The notes under the pieces are model-generated. The model did not search any database, was not told where the DNA came from, and saw nothing but the letters and a program-made list of their open reading frames with translations. From contig CAYQNA010000002.1 in NCBI GenBank assembly GCA_964418775.1, forward strand, positions 22,181 through 86,180: a stretch of 64,000 nucleotides of DNA, given 5' to 3'. A program made the translations under genes and the position numbers. Shown in pieces: positions 1 to 9,526 of this stretch. Every line of letters begins with the position of its first letter. Positions within the stretch are counted from its first letter, which is position 1. This DNA is from an uncultured Gammaproteobacteria bacterium (GTDB lineage: Bacteria > Patescibacteriota > Patescibacteriia > Magasanikbacterales > UBA922).

Positions 1-828
1 GACCAACGAGGCACTCGTGGCCCCATATTCGGCCAAACCTGCGCGCAAGCGCTCACAGGCACGGTACTGCAACGTACGGTCAATGGTGAGGACAAGGTCA
101 GCCCCATCCTGAGCGGGCTGGAACGAACGGCCAGCGAGCGGTATCCACGCGCCTTTGGCTCCACGCGCGGCAGCAACAAAACCGCCGGCGCCTGCCAACT
201 CCTTTTCCCAATACCCCTCGATACCATAACGCCCCACAGCTGTGCCGTCTTTTTCCTTCCCCACAAAGCCCAACACTGACGCAGCCAAAGTCTGCTCCGG
301 ATAATAGCGCTGCTCTTGGCGTACAAAATGCAAGCCTGTTAATTTTTTGGTTCTAAGCGCGTCGGCGACTGTAGCCTCAATCTTTTGCTCCAATGGTTCA
401 TACGGGTCAGTCCGCTTCATGAGCAAACCACGCACTTCGGCCTCGCGTTCAGGCGTATATTTGAATTGTTCACGCAAGGCAGCCAGGGTTTCATTCAGTT
501 TAGCTTCATCCAGAGTGTCGGTTTTTTTGTTCACAAATTCAGTTGTGTCCGCATACACCAAAAACACATCGCGATTAATCGCTACTGGGTATTCCTGGTT
601 GGTGCGTGAATCTTGCACAAAAATTTCCCCGCGCCGAGGCACGAGTTTAGCGGTACTTTCGTGAGAACCAACCGCAATCGCAGCATACACTTCGTGATCC
701 CACACCATAAGCACAAACAAGCGTCCAATCACGAGCGCGCCAAAAGCCAGACCAACCCATGTCGCCACACGCAAACGCTGCACAGTTTCAGGTGACTCAC
801 TAGATTGTCGACGCGAAAACCGAGCCAT
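1..828 (-). CDS. ftsI: Class B penicillin-binding protein (FtsI/PBP2-like), 5' part; runs off window edge
   Basis: Manual translation from ATG at 828: MARFSRRQSS...TM helix...KLVPRRGEIFVQDSRTNQEYPVAINRD, later RYYPEQTLAASVLGFVG and GRYGIEGYW, as in PBP dimerisation domains. Not in the ORF track because truncated. Confidence 0.85.
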   Translation of the reverse strand, partial: MARFSRRQSSESPETVQRLRVATWVGLAFGALVIGRLFVLMVWDHEVYAAIAVGSHESTAKLVPRRGEIFVQDSRTNQEYPVAINRDVFLVYADTTEFVNKKTDTLDEAKLNETLAALREQFKYTPEREAEVRGLLMKRTDPYEPLEQKIEATVADALRTKKLTGLHFVRQEQRYYPEQTLAASVLGFVGKEKDGTAVGRYGIEGYWEKELAGAGGFVAAARGAKGAWIPLAGRSFQPAQDGADLVLTIDRTLQYRACERLRAGLAEYGATSASLV

Positions 829-871
829 GCCAGAGGGTTAAAATTACCCTCATTATAGCATATAAATACTC

Positions 872-900
872 TTGACACGATCCTTGTTTTAAAATATACT
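872..900 (+). promoter_or_regulatory. Sigma70-type promoter with no downstream + strand ORF
   Basis: TTGACA 872-877, 17-bp spacer, TATACT 895-900; divergent from a TGnTATAAT element (852-860, minus) upstream of the PBP gene. Confidence 0.8.
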
Positions 901-906
901 GCAATT

Positions 907-1036
907 ACATTTGCCTTCGGGCTCCGAGGCCTTGCCTTGTTTACAAGGTCTGGCCGCCAAACGGTTTGGTTTTACCAAACTGACACCTGCCTTCGGGCTC
1001 CGAGATTCCGACTCCACAAGAGTCGGTTTCGCTTTT
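907..1036 (+). ncRNA. Putative ~130-nt structured small RNA with two 17-nt direct repeats
   Basis: TGCCTTCGGGCTCCGAG at 912-928 and 988-1004; hairpins CCTTGT/ACAAGG and GTTTGGT/ACCAAAC; terminal CCGACTC/GAGTCGG hairpin followed by a T-rich run; lies behind a consensus promoter. Confidence 0.6.
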
Positions 1037-1425
1037 TATATTAGATTTTTGTAGGAATTTTTGATATTTTCAAACTCCTCTGTAGGCAAAACTGCAATCT
1101 TACGAGAAAACCTTTGGCTGCTGATTACACGAGACTGATCCAACAATAACACGCTACGTTTATTTTTAAAGAATGTTGGTATTTCACGAACGGATTCCGA
1201 TTCTCGGGACGTTGCTGGTACGACCAAGGCTGTATCTTGAGTATGCTTTTTTAAAACTAAAACCGGTCTTTCGCACCAATAATTTCGACCATCTTGTTCG
1301 TGGCCCACGTTAATACCAATACTACCCCACCAAATTTCTCGCTCCTTAAAATATAACTGAGGCGCTCGTTGACAAAGCGCAATTTGAACTTCGGCCCAGC
1401 GCCGAATCTGCTGAGTTTTATCCAT
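1036..1425 (-). CDS. mazF: PemK/MazF-family endoribonuclease toxin, orphan
   Basis: REIWWGSIGINVGHEQDG...RPVLVLKK...VVPATS...LLDQSRVISSQRF motifs; strong AAGGAGG SD upstream; no adjacent antitoxin ORF. Confidence 0.85.
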   Translation of the reverse strand: MDKTQQIRRWAEVQIALCQRAPQLYFKEREIWWGSIGINVGHEQDGRNYWCERPVLVLKKHTQDTALVVPATSRESESVREIPTFFKNKRSVLLLDQSRVISSQRFSRKIAVLPTEEFENIKNSYKNLI

Positions 1426-1508
1426 AGTCCCTCCTTGGATTAAAAATAATGTGTTGATTGTAGCAAAAAATTACGAAGTATTTTAGAAATCTTTGTCAAG
1501 AGCCTTAC

Positions 1509-1537
1509 TTGCACTTTAATAAACACAACGATATAAT
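1509..1537 (+). promoter_or_regulatory. Promoter of GNAT gene (near-leaderless)
   Basis: TTGCAC 1509-1514, 17 bp, TATAAT 1532-1537; ATG at 1546. Confidence 0.65.
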
Positions 1538-1545
1538 CGCCCAAT

Positions 1546-1998
1546 ATGAAAATATCTTGCAGACCATTCAAAAAAGAAGATTTTACAGAATACCAAAGTT
1601 GGTTTTCTGATAATATCCTTAACCAAGAGCTCGGACCAATGGAAAAAGATGATGAGTGGTTAAACCATGTATTGAGAGAAACAATGGGGAAAGAATTCAG
1701 CTTCTTTATGGGCGAAGAACTAATTGCAGTGGTAGGAATTTTATTCCCCACCCAAAACGAACAGGCTTTTTACATTACTGATTTTGCGGTTAAACCAAAC
1801 CAACAAGGAAAGGGTGTGGGGTCAGCCGTACTAACCTATCTTTTATCTTTACACAAAGTAGAAACGGTCAAAATCTGGAAAGTTTATGTAAACAAAAGGA
1901 ATAAACTTGCACAAAAATTTTTTGAGAAAAATAAGTGGGATCACATTGACACTCCACCTGAAAAAGAAATGCTGCAAATGCAGCATACTATTTTGTAA
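1546..1998 (+). CDS. GNAT-family N-acetyltransferase
   Basis: FAVKPNQQGKGVGS acetyl-CoA motif A and NKLAQKFFEKNKW motif B; AT-rich. Confidence 0.85.
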   Translation: MKISCRPFKKEDFTEYQSWFSDNILNQELGPMEKDDEWLNHVLRETMGKEFSFFMGEELIAVVGILFPTQNEQAFYITDFAVKPNQQGKGVGSAVLTYLLSLHKVETVKIWKVYVNKRNKLAQKFFEKNKWDHIDTPPEKEMLQMQHTIL

Positions 1999-3157
1999 CC
2001 TCAGGACGAGCCGCAGCATTGGCAGCGGCTTTTTTGTAAATGTCGAGCATTTGTTTGGCGACGAGGTCGATGTCGAATTTTTGTTCAGCGATTTTGCGAG
2101 CCCGCGCGCCCCAGCCAGACTGGTCATTGCCACGCGCGAAATAGCCGTAGAGCGCATCAGCCAGGTCCGAGGCGCTGCGCGGCTCTACCAACGTACCGGC
2201 TTCGAGTGCGAGCGTGCGCACGCCCGGGAGGTCAGTCGCAATCACCGGCAAACCACTGGCCAGGGCTTCCAAAATCACCATCCCAAACGCTTCACCGCGC
2301 GTAGTTGATGGCAAGACCAATAAATCCGCGGCATTGTACACGGCTGGTAAACTGGCGTCATCAACTTGACCCAAAAAACGCACGCGGTCAGTAATCCCAA
2401 GACCCGCAGCACGGGTTTCAAATTCGGCACGCAAGTCACCGTCACCAACCAAGAGTGCCTGCACCATTAATCCCCCATTTTTTACCATAGTGAGCGCGTC
2501 GAGAAGTACAGGGACACCTTTGAAAAAATGCGCACGATCCATACCGCCCACAAACACAATTATTGGTGCGTTTGGATTTAGACCTGAAGCAGCGAGCCAG
2601 TCGACAGGTTTTGGGTTTGGAGCAAAACGCTTGGTATCAACTCCAAATGGGACCTCAAACCAATGTTCCGGTTTGGCTTGATACAATTTTTTGGCATCAC
2701 TGGCCGTAAGATAATCAAAAGAGGCTGAGTGTAGGGCATCGGCTACGCCCAAAATCTTTGGCAACCAAAACGTCGCGTAATATTTAAAAAACAAACCAAG
2801 CCAACCCTGCGCACGATTATCCATGTGATACGTGACTACAAGTGGGATGCGTGGATTTTTTTTCTTCCAGCGGCGCACCAAATTAGCCGTACCAAAAAAT
2901 GGATAGTGCAAATGTACTAAATCAAACTGGGAAAGTTCGGATGACAAACCTGGCAACCACGCCGCGTTTCCGTATTTAAAACCTGGCTTAAGACGGGTCG
3001 CGAGCATCGTATCATCCTCGGTCGGGCCCTCGAATTGTGGTGTGTACACACGCACATCATGGCCTAGCCGAATTTGCGCATTGGCCATTTCGAACGCCAC
3101 ATTTCCCATGCCGCTGTAATACGGTGGAAACCGACACACAATGTGCGCAATTTTCAT
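1988..3157 (-). CDS. GT4 glycosyltransferase
   Basis: MKIAHIVCRFPPYYSGMG start (ATG 3157), FFKGVPVLL, EAFGMVILEALASGLPVI. Confidence 0.9.
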   Translation of the reverse strand: MKIAHIVCRFPPYYSGMGNVAFEMANAQIRLGHDVRVYTPQFEGPTEDDTMLATRLKPGFKYGNAAWLPGLSSELSQFDLVHLHYPFFGTANLVRRWKKKNPRIPLVVTYHMDNRAQGWLGLFFKYYATFWLPKILGVADALHSASFDYLTASDAKKLYQAKPEHWFEVPFGVDTKRFAPNPKPVDWLAASGLNPNAPIIVFVGGMDRAHFFKGVPVLLDALTMVKNGGLMVQALLVGDGDLRAEFETRAAGLGITDRVRFLGQVDDASLPAVYNAADLLVLPSTTRGEAFGMVILEALASGLPVIATDLPGVRTLALEAGTLVEPRSASDLADALYGYFARGNDQSGWGARARKIAEQKFDIDLVAKQMLDIYKKAAANAAARPEVTK

Positions 3158-3158
3158 A

Positions 3159-3491
3159 TTAGCGATTCGCATTTTCAACTGCTTCGCGCCGCACAACCTG
3201 TGTTACCTGGCGATTAATGGTTTCCATTTTTACATGCAAACGAAAAAGCAAAAAGAAAATTGCGGCAATTGCGGCGTACACGACCACATCGGTCCCACGC
3301 CCGATCCCCAAAGCTTTAGCAACTTGTTGAGTACTTTCGGGCCACATGACCACTGCCCACGCGCCAACCCAAACTAACACCCAAAATGACGCCGCGCGTC
3401 CACTAAGGCCTTTATTTTTAAATTGCAAAAATGTGGCCACGAGCGCGCCAATTGCAAAAATGCTAAACAAAATTTGAAATAACCCAAACAT
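3159..3491 (-). CDS. DUF2304-like small membrane protein
   Basis: Three hydrophobic helices, LGIGRG.D motif, C-terminal coiled segment; typical partner of the adjacent GT2. Confidence 0.75.
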   Translation of the reverse strand: MFGLFQILFSIFAIGALVATFLQFKNKGLSGRAASFWVLVWVGAWAVVMWPESTQQVAKALGIGRGTDVVVYAAIAAIFFLLFRLHVKMETINRQVTQVVRREAVENANR

Positions 3492-3492
3492 A

Positions 3493-4155
3493 TTATTTTT
3501 TAATAAAAGCCCCTAAAAACAGGTCGCGCACAATTGCCACTGCCCCACGGCTCCCCTGTCCGTATTCATGATACTGTACGGTAACGGGAAATTCGCGCCA
3601 CGTCAAATTATGTCGTTTGATTTGGGACAAAATTTCCGTGGCATGAGCCATGCGATCTTGCTGCAATTCAATCGTCTCAAGGGCCCGCGGACCAAGCACG
3701 CGGAAACCATTGTGCGCATCGCTCAAATGTAACCCAACAAACAAACGATGAAACCAGCGTGCCGCCGGCAATAAAATACGACGTTTAAACCAGGGCACAT
3801 GCACCGTATCTTTTAAAAACCGCGAACCAAGCACAATGTCTGCACCATGCTCTTCCAAAAATTGCACAGCTGGAACAATATCAGCGGCGCTCAATTGCCC
3901 ATCACCATCAAAATGAATCACATATTTTGCCCCACGCTGACGTGCGTAGGCATGTCCAGTCTCCAAGGCCGCACCCTGTCCGCGGTTAATTCGGTGCGAC
4001 AACACCGTAGCTCCCGCGGCCTTAGCAATCACTTCCGTATCATCGCGCGAACCATCGTCGACCACCACGACTTCGTCAACAACACCGCGCAGTGCCGCCA
4101 CTACGTCACGAATTCGCTCTCGCTCATTAAATGCTGGCACTATCGCAAGCCACAT
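3493..4155 (-). CDS. GT2, polyprenol-phosphate sugar synthase (DPM-like)
   Basis: IVPAFNE, VVDDGSRD, NRGQGAAL, FDGDGQ, GSRF, DAHNGFR; likely start MWLAIVP at 4155. Confidence 0.9.
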   Translation of the reverse strand: MWLAIVPAFNERERIRDVVAALRGVVDEVVVVDDGSRDDTEVIAKAAGATVLSHRINRGQGAALETGHAYARQRGAKYVIHFDGDGQLSAADIVPAVQFLEEHGADIVLGSRFLKDTVHVPWFKRRILLPAARWFHRLFVGLHLSDAHNGFRVLGPRALETIELQQDRMAHATEILSQIKRHNLTWREFPVTVQYHEYGQGSRGAVAIVRDLFLGAFIKK

Positions 4156-4156
4156 A

Positions 4157-5170
4157 TTATTCACCAATTTCTTTGTTAGCGAGTGTGTAATCGACCGTGC
4201 GTTGTAAACCATCTTCGAGACGCGTAATCGGCAACCACCCCAACTCATCTTTGGCACGACGCAAATCGGGAATACCAATTAAAGTCAAAAAATCGAGCGG
4301 CGGTTCAAATTTTACATTTGATTTTGAATTGGCCAAACTCACAATCGTGCGCGCCACATCGGCCAAACGCACTGGTTGGTCTGAACCAACATTTACCAAA
4401 CTAATCTTAGGACCGGAGCTCATCAAACGCACGAGCGCATCGACCAAGTCAGATACAAAGCAGAGCGACTCTTGTAACTGCTCAGTACCGTAAATGGTTA
4501 AATCATTACCTTCGAGCGCATTCAAAATAAAATCTGGAATCATGAGCCCATCGCGTAAACGCATACGCGGGCCATAGGTTGGGAACACGCGTGCAATTTT
4601 GGCATCGAGCCCATATACTTGGCGGTATGTGTCCACGCATGTTTCCGCAAAACGTTTGCCTTCGTCATAACACCCGCGTGGCGATAAATGATTTACCCGA
4701 CCTTCGTCACCTTCGTTAAAAAAATAATGTTCGGGAGTGGCCTGACCATATACGACCGCGCTCGAAGTAAACACGTATTTGGCCTTGTATTTCACGGCCA
4801 AATCAAGCGTCGATAGCATGGCGCGCGAATTGGCCCACAGCGAATGAATTTTTAAATTTTCAAAATTCTTTGGACTACTTGGACAAGCCAGGTGATAAAT
4901 TTCCTGAATACCCTGAAATTTGACCTTAAATTTATCAAGCTCGGGGAAATCATGTAGGTCAATAGCCTGATTCACGTCGTATTTTATAAATTCAAAGTCA
5001 GGATACTGCAACAAATGTTCTATATTACCGAGACGTGAATTCGACAAGTCGTCCATGCAAATCACATTGGCATCGCGCAGCAAACGTTCGCACAAATGCG
5101 AACCAATAAAACCAGCCCCGCCGGTCACGAGCACATTTTTTTTCTCAAAAATTGGCGCAGAGTTTAGCAT
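4157..5170 (-). CDS. NAD-dependent epimerase/dehydratase, UDP-glucuronate decarboxylase-like
   Basis: [42 protein letters not shown]. Confidence 0.85.
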   Translation of the reverse strand: MLNSAPIFEKKNVLVTGGAGFIGSHLCERLLRDANVICMDDLSNSRLGNIEHLLQYPDFEFIKYDVNQAIDLHDFPELDKFKVKFQGIQEIYHLACPSSPKNFENLKIHSLWANSRAMLSTLDLAVKYKAKYVFTSSAVVYGQATPEHYFFNEGDEGRVNHLSPRGCYDEGKRFAETCVDTYRQVYGLDAKIARVFPTYGPRMRLRDGLMIPDFILNALEGNDLTIYGTEQLQESLCFVSDLVDALVRLMSSGPKISLVNVGSDQPVRLADVARTIVSLANSKSNVKFEPPLDFLTLIGIPDLRRAKDELGWLPITRLEDGLQRTVDYTLANKEIGE

Positions 5171-5178
5171 ACAGAAAA

Positions 5179-7164
5179 TTAAGGCCACAATACCCAGCGG
5201 CGGCCACTTGATAATTCTGAAAACAATGAAATTTCTTCAACTACACGACCAGAGTAATCAAGCACACGTGCTGGCGCGGTACTGGTCGTTGGGTACATAA
5301 TTATTTCGGCACGCGCATCATCGTTGTAATCCCCGACCGTCCAGTCCCATTGCGCGGAAGGAGCCGTGATCGGCAAACCAAGTTCCCACTCAGCCGCCAT
5401 ATTATACAGCTTTACCGTTGGGTTTAGACCAACTGGCGCCACCACAATTGAACCTTGTCCGCGCGCATCAAAATCACCGGCTGCCAAGCGGTACTCAGCT
5501 TTTGGCAAAGTCACGGTGGCGACGGTTTTACCATTACGTGCCGTAATTAACTGCACACCGTTTGTTTGCGAAACCAGTGCTGCCAAAGACCAATTGCCAG
5601 TATCTGGCACACTGGTTAATTGCGTCACACCTTTGTGCGCTGCGCCTAAATCCCAGGTACCAACTTTTTTTCCAACCACACTGTACAATTCGACCACAGT
5701 TTTACGGCTAGCCGCTGTGGCCACAGCCAAACGGGCGTCCTGGCCAGCCGATTTTTCAAACGCCAATATAACTGGATTTGGCGACGCAATTACAAACGAA
5801 CCAGTCGCATTCCACTGCTTATCGTAGACAGTAATGCGCTGATTTTTTTTACCCTCGGCCTTGGCCACGGCATAATACTCCGTGCAGGGAAATTGATGAA
5901 ACGCCGCCACCGCATTTGTGCCTGCAAACGTACCCATGGTGAAAAATCCACGCGACGTGGCCGTGGTGCGCGCGGTGGTGGTTGGTAATAACCAATCTTC
6001 AACTCGGCGTGCATCACCAGCCCACAAACCAACACTACCCATGTACGGGTAAATCCCGACATCCGAACTTTTGCGCGGCCCGGCATTGGCCGCACGGACA
6101 GCACGGTCAACCCGCAACAAGCCATACCCATAATATTGCTGATACGCCGTATCCGAAGCCATGCACGTATGTGAAACACGTCCCAGCATGGCACGATAAA
6201 TATCATCAGCCTTCCAATCGGGACGCAAAGCTTTAATTAAAACGGCTGCACCCGAGGCAAATGGGGTTGCAAACGAGGTGCCAGCCCACCCAGACACGTA
6301 CCCGTCAACACCATACCAACCGGCCGCATTCACGTTTTCGCCCGGCGCGGTTAAATCAATACAATCCGGACCGTAATTCGAGAAACTCGACAAACGACGG
6401 TCTTCGCTCACGGCACTGAGGCCAATCACCCACTGCTTGGCAGCGCCGCGGTCAGTACACACGGGAAATGACGGCAAGTCTGTATAAGAGGCGGCCAAAT
6501 TCCCGGCCGATGCAAACACTGCGACACCACGGTCCACGGCAAAACGCAACGCTGTACGCAACGTTTCGTCGTCCTGTTGACTATTCACGCTCAAATTAAT
6601 AATTGAAGCACCGTTTTTGACTGCATACGTGATTGCCTCGGCCAGGTCACCGTTAAATCCATCGCCTTTATTGTCTGCAGCACGCAAATTCATTAAGCGC
6701 ACCTCCCAAGCAATCCCTGCCCCATCGCGACTATTATTACCAATAGCCCCAATAATCCCAGCTACTGAGGTGCCGTGACTAATACCAATGTCTGATTGGT
6801 CCGGTGCCAAATACTGAGCATCAGGCGCCGGGTCATTGTCATTGTTTACAAAATCCCAACCATTTACATCATCAACATAGCCGTTCTGGTCATCGTCACG
6901 ACCATTGCCTGGCACTTCGGCTTCGTTGCGCCACATATTGGCCTGCAGATCGGCGTGACTGGCCACAATCCCATTGTCGATAACAGCCACAATGACATCA
7001 TGGCTGCCCGTGGTATAATCCCAGGCCAGTGGTACACCTGTTGCAGTGTACCCCCATTGCTGAATATGGGGATCATTGGCGTTTCGTGCCAAAGCAAGCC
7101 CTGGTTCAAAGCTCAAAAAGATTGCGGAAAATACTAAAAAAATTCTGGTTATTTTACCCTGCAT
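5179..7164 (-). CDS. Secreted S8 subtilisin-like serine peptidase with C-terminal FG-GAP-like beta domain
   Basis: Signal peptide; catalytic triad VIDNG, HGTSVAG, GTSFATP; C-terminal AAGDFD and VGDYNDDARAEII motifs. Confidence 0.9.
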   Translation of the reverse strand: MQGKITRIFLVFSAIFLSFEPGLALARNANDPHIQQWGYTATGVPLAWDYTTGSHDVIVAVIDNGIVASHADLQANMWRNEAEVPGNGRDDDQNGYVDDVNGWDFVNNDNDPAPDAQYLAPDQSDIGISHGTSVAGIIGAIGNNSRDGAGIAWEVRLMNLRAADNKGDGFNGDLAEAITYAVKNGASIINLSVNSQQDDETLRTALRFAVDRGVAVFASAGNLAASYTDLPSFPVCTDRGAAKQWVIGLSAVSEDRRLSSFSNYGPDCIDLTAPGENVNAAGWYGVDGYVSGWAGTSFATPFASGAAVLIKALRPDWKADDIYRAMLGRVSHTCMASDTAYQQYYGYGLLRVDRAVRAANAGPRKSSDVGIYPYMGSVGLWAGDARRVEDWLLPTTTARTTATSRGFFTMGTFAGTNAVAAFHQFPCTEYYAVAKAEGKKNQRITVYDKQWNATGSFVIASPNPVILAFEKSAGQDARLAVATAASRKTVVELYSVVGKKVGTWDLGAAHKGVTQLTSVPDTGNWSLAALVSQTNGVQLITARNGKTVATVTLPKAEYRLAAGDFDARGQGSIVVAPVGLNPTVKLYNMAAEWELGLPITAPSAQWDWTVGDYNDDARAEIIMYPTTSTAPARVLDYSGRVVEEISLFSELSSGRRWVLWP

Positions 7165-7228
7165 ACCCTTGATTTTTTCCTAAAATATGATATAAATAGT
7201 ATACCATATTGACCTCTCTGACTCAATT

Positions 7229-8614
7229 ATGAAATCCGGCTACCGACTTCAACAAATCCTACTTTTGCTTGGCGACCTTGGCACATACCTGCTGGCGCTG
7301 TGGTTTGGTTTGTTTATTCGCCACTTGGCGCTGCCTACAGCTGACCGATATATTGAACACCTGCCTCTGTTTGGCAGTCTTTTTGTTGGTTGGGTGATTA
7401 TTAACTACATCAATGGCCTGTACGATTTAGGTCGTTTTACTGAACGCAGCCATTACCGTCGTTTATTTGAATCAGCGGCTTTTTTCTTTTTAATTAGCGC
7501 TTTGACCCTATACGCGGCTGACCCAGGTCTCACACCAAAGACAATTTTATTCCTCACTGTGCTGGTGGGGTACTGCTTAAGTACAGCCTGGCGCATGTTG
7601 TATTACCGAGTGATCGTGCAACACACGTTGCACACACGTCTGATTATTTTAGGTCATGACCCAGAGGTGGCTGAACTGATTCGCTTAACCAAACAGCACC
7701 CAGAAAAAGGCTACCAAGTTGTGGCCCTGTTTGACCCTCGTCGCGAAGTTGGGGCCAATAAGCTGGAGGGTATTGATGTGTATACTTCAATGACTGCGTT
7801 ACGCGCTGCAATTACCACCCACAAAGCCAATGTAATTGCCGCTGCCAGTTCAGTCCAAAATGACGAAGTGGTGATTCGTGAATTGTATGAATTATTGTTT
7901 TGGCCAGTGCGCGTCACTGACCTCTCGTCTTTGTACGAAACAATTACCGGCCGCGTACCGCCCAGTGCGTTTTCCGAAACCTGGTTTTTGCGCAATGTAG
8001 GGGCTGTGGATGCGCCAGGATACCGTTTGTTCCGTTTGTTTTTGGATGGCTTGGCTACATTGCTCATGACTACAGTCTTAGTGATCTTGTTCCCAATTAT
8101 TGCTCTGGCGATCAAACTATCCTCAAAAGGACCGATTTTCTTTGGTCAACAACGCGTTGGTCGCGGCGGCACCCTATTTACCATGCACAAATTCCGCACC
8201 ATGTATGTGCTTGCCGCTGACGGCAGTGCCGAGACTCATGGGGCCCAATTTGCCACCAAAGACGATGCCCGCATTACGGCGGTGGGTCGCTTTTTGCGCC
8301 GCACCCGTTTGGACGAACTGCCTCAGGCCGTAAACATGCTCCGCGGGGAAATTAGTTTAATTGGCCCACGCCCCGAGCGCCCTGAATTTGTGCGCACCCT
8401 GGCGGCCAGCATGCCCTACTACGCGCTCCGTCACGTAGTTCGCCCTGGCATTACCGGCTGGGCCGCGATCAACCAAAACTACACGGACAATCTGGAGACC
8501 ACCCTCCAAAAATTACAATACGATCTATTCTATATAAAAAATCGCTCTGCCCTGTTGGACATCGCGATTCTATTGCGCACAATAAACGTGGTTGTGCGCA
8601 TGCTGGGCCAATAA
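7229..8614 (+). CDS. Undecaprenyl-phosphate sugar phosphotransferase (WbaP/WcaJ family)
   Basis: N-terminal TMs; KFRTM, RTRLDELPQ, SLIGPRPE, PGITGWA motifs. Confidence 0.92.
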   Translation: MKSGYRLQQILLLLGDLGTYLLALWFGLFIRHLALPTADRYIEHLPLFGSLFVGWVIINYINGLYDLGRFTERSHYRRLFESAAFFFLISALTLYAADPGLTPKTILFLTVLVGYCLSTAWRMLYYRVIVQHTLHTRLIILGHDPEVAELIRLTKQHPEKGYQVVALFDPRREVGANKLEGIDVYTSMTALRAAITTHKANVIAAASSVQNDEVVIRELYELLFWPVRVTDLSSLYETITGRVPPSAFSETWFLRNVGAVDAPGYRLFRLFLDGLATLLMTTVLVILFPIIALAIKLSSKGPIFFGQQRVGRGGTLFTMHKFRTMYVLAADGSAETHGAQFATKDDARITAVGRFLRRTRLDELPQAVNMLRGEISLIGPRPERPEFVRTLAASMPYYALRHVVRPGITGWAAINQNYTDNLETTLQKLQYDLFYIKNRSALLDIAILLRTINVVVRMLGQ

Positions 8615-9523
8615 TTACAGGCCCATTTCTTTCTTCATAGCATTAATACCTTCGGCAATTTGAATGGTTGGTTCCCAACCCAACAAACGTTTGGCTTTGC
8701 TGATATCAGCCGTAAAATAACGGCCATCCCCAGGGCGTTCAGGAATTTTGACTACGGGGCGATCGATAATCGCAACTAATTGATTTACTGATTGTGGATT
8801 GTTGGTGCCAATATTTATTACCTCGCCTTTACCCACAGTAGGGCTGGTCATCGCTGCCAAGTTTGCGGCCACTACGTCTGATACGTGAATATAATCACGA
8901 TAATATTCGCCATCACCGCACACGGTCAACGGTTGGCCTTCTTTGGCCTGCTGCAAAAATTTACCAACCACTAACGCATACGGACCATTTGGGTCAAAAT
9001 GCGGACCGTAGACATTGAAATAAATTAAACTGACCCCCTCTACTCCGTACAATTCGCTGAACAAACGGACGTAATGTTCCCCCACAAGTTTATGCAAACC
9101 ATAGGGACTGATTGGATTTCTGACCATTGTATCCTCAACGAGCGGGAAGGTTGTTTGTTCACCATAGGTGGCGGCAGTAGACGCCAGCACAACTCGTTTA
9201 ACGTGATGTCGTTTGGCCGCCAACAAAACCTGAAGTGTGCCATTTACATTTACATCGTGCACTTCCCAAGGCTGTTCAACCGAATAGCTCACACGAGGCA
9301 AAGCAGCCAAATGAAAAATACCATCTGCACCCGCGCACACACGGTCAAGCACAGACGCATCACGGATATCGCCTTCAACATATTCAACCCCAGCCACTAC
9401 CCGATCAGTCTGACGGCCACCTGCATAATTATCCAGCACCACCACACTGTTGCCTTGTTTAATAAGTTCGGTAACTAAGTTTGTACCAATAAAACCAGCT
9501 CCGCCAGTTACTAAGTAACGCAT
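8615..9523 (-). CDS. NAD-dependent UDP-sugar 4-epimerase
   Basis: VTGGAGFIG, YGLHK, YFNVYGP, RDYIHVSD. Confidence 0.88.
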   Translation of the reverse strand: MRYLVTGGAGFIGTNLVTELIKQGNSVVVLDNYAGGRQTDRVVAGVEYVEGDIRDASVLDRVCAGADGIFHLAALPRVSYSVEQPWEVHDVNVNGTLQVLLAAKRHHVKRVVLASTAATYGEQTTFPLVEDTMVRNPISPYGLHKLVGEHYVRLFSELYGVEGVSLIYFNVYGPHFDPNGPYALVVGKFLQQAKEGQPLTVCGDGEYYRDYIHVSDVVAANLAAMTSPTVGKGEVINIGTNNPQSVNQLVAIIDRPVVKIPERPGDGRYFTADISKAKRLLGWEPTIQIAEGINAMKKEMGL

Positions 9524-9526
9524 ACA

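Noticed and set aside
912-1004. Mini-CRISPR reading of the 17-nt repeats
   Set aside because: Only two short copies, a structured 59-nt spacer and no cas genes.
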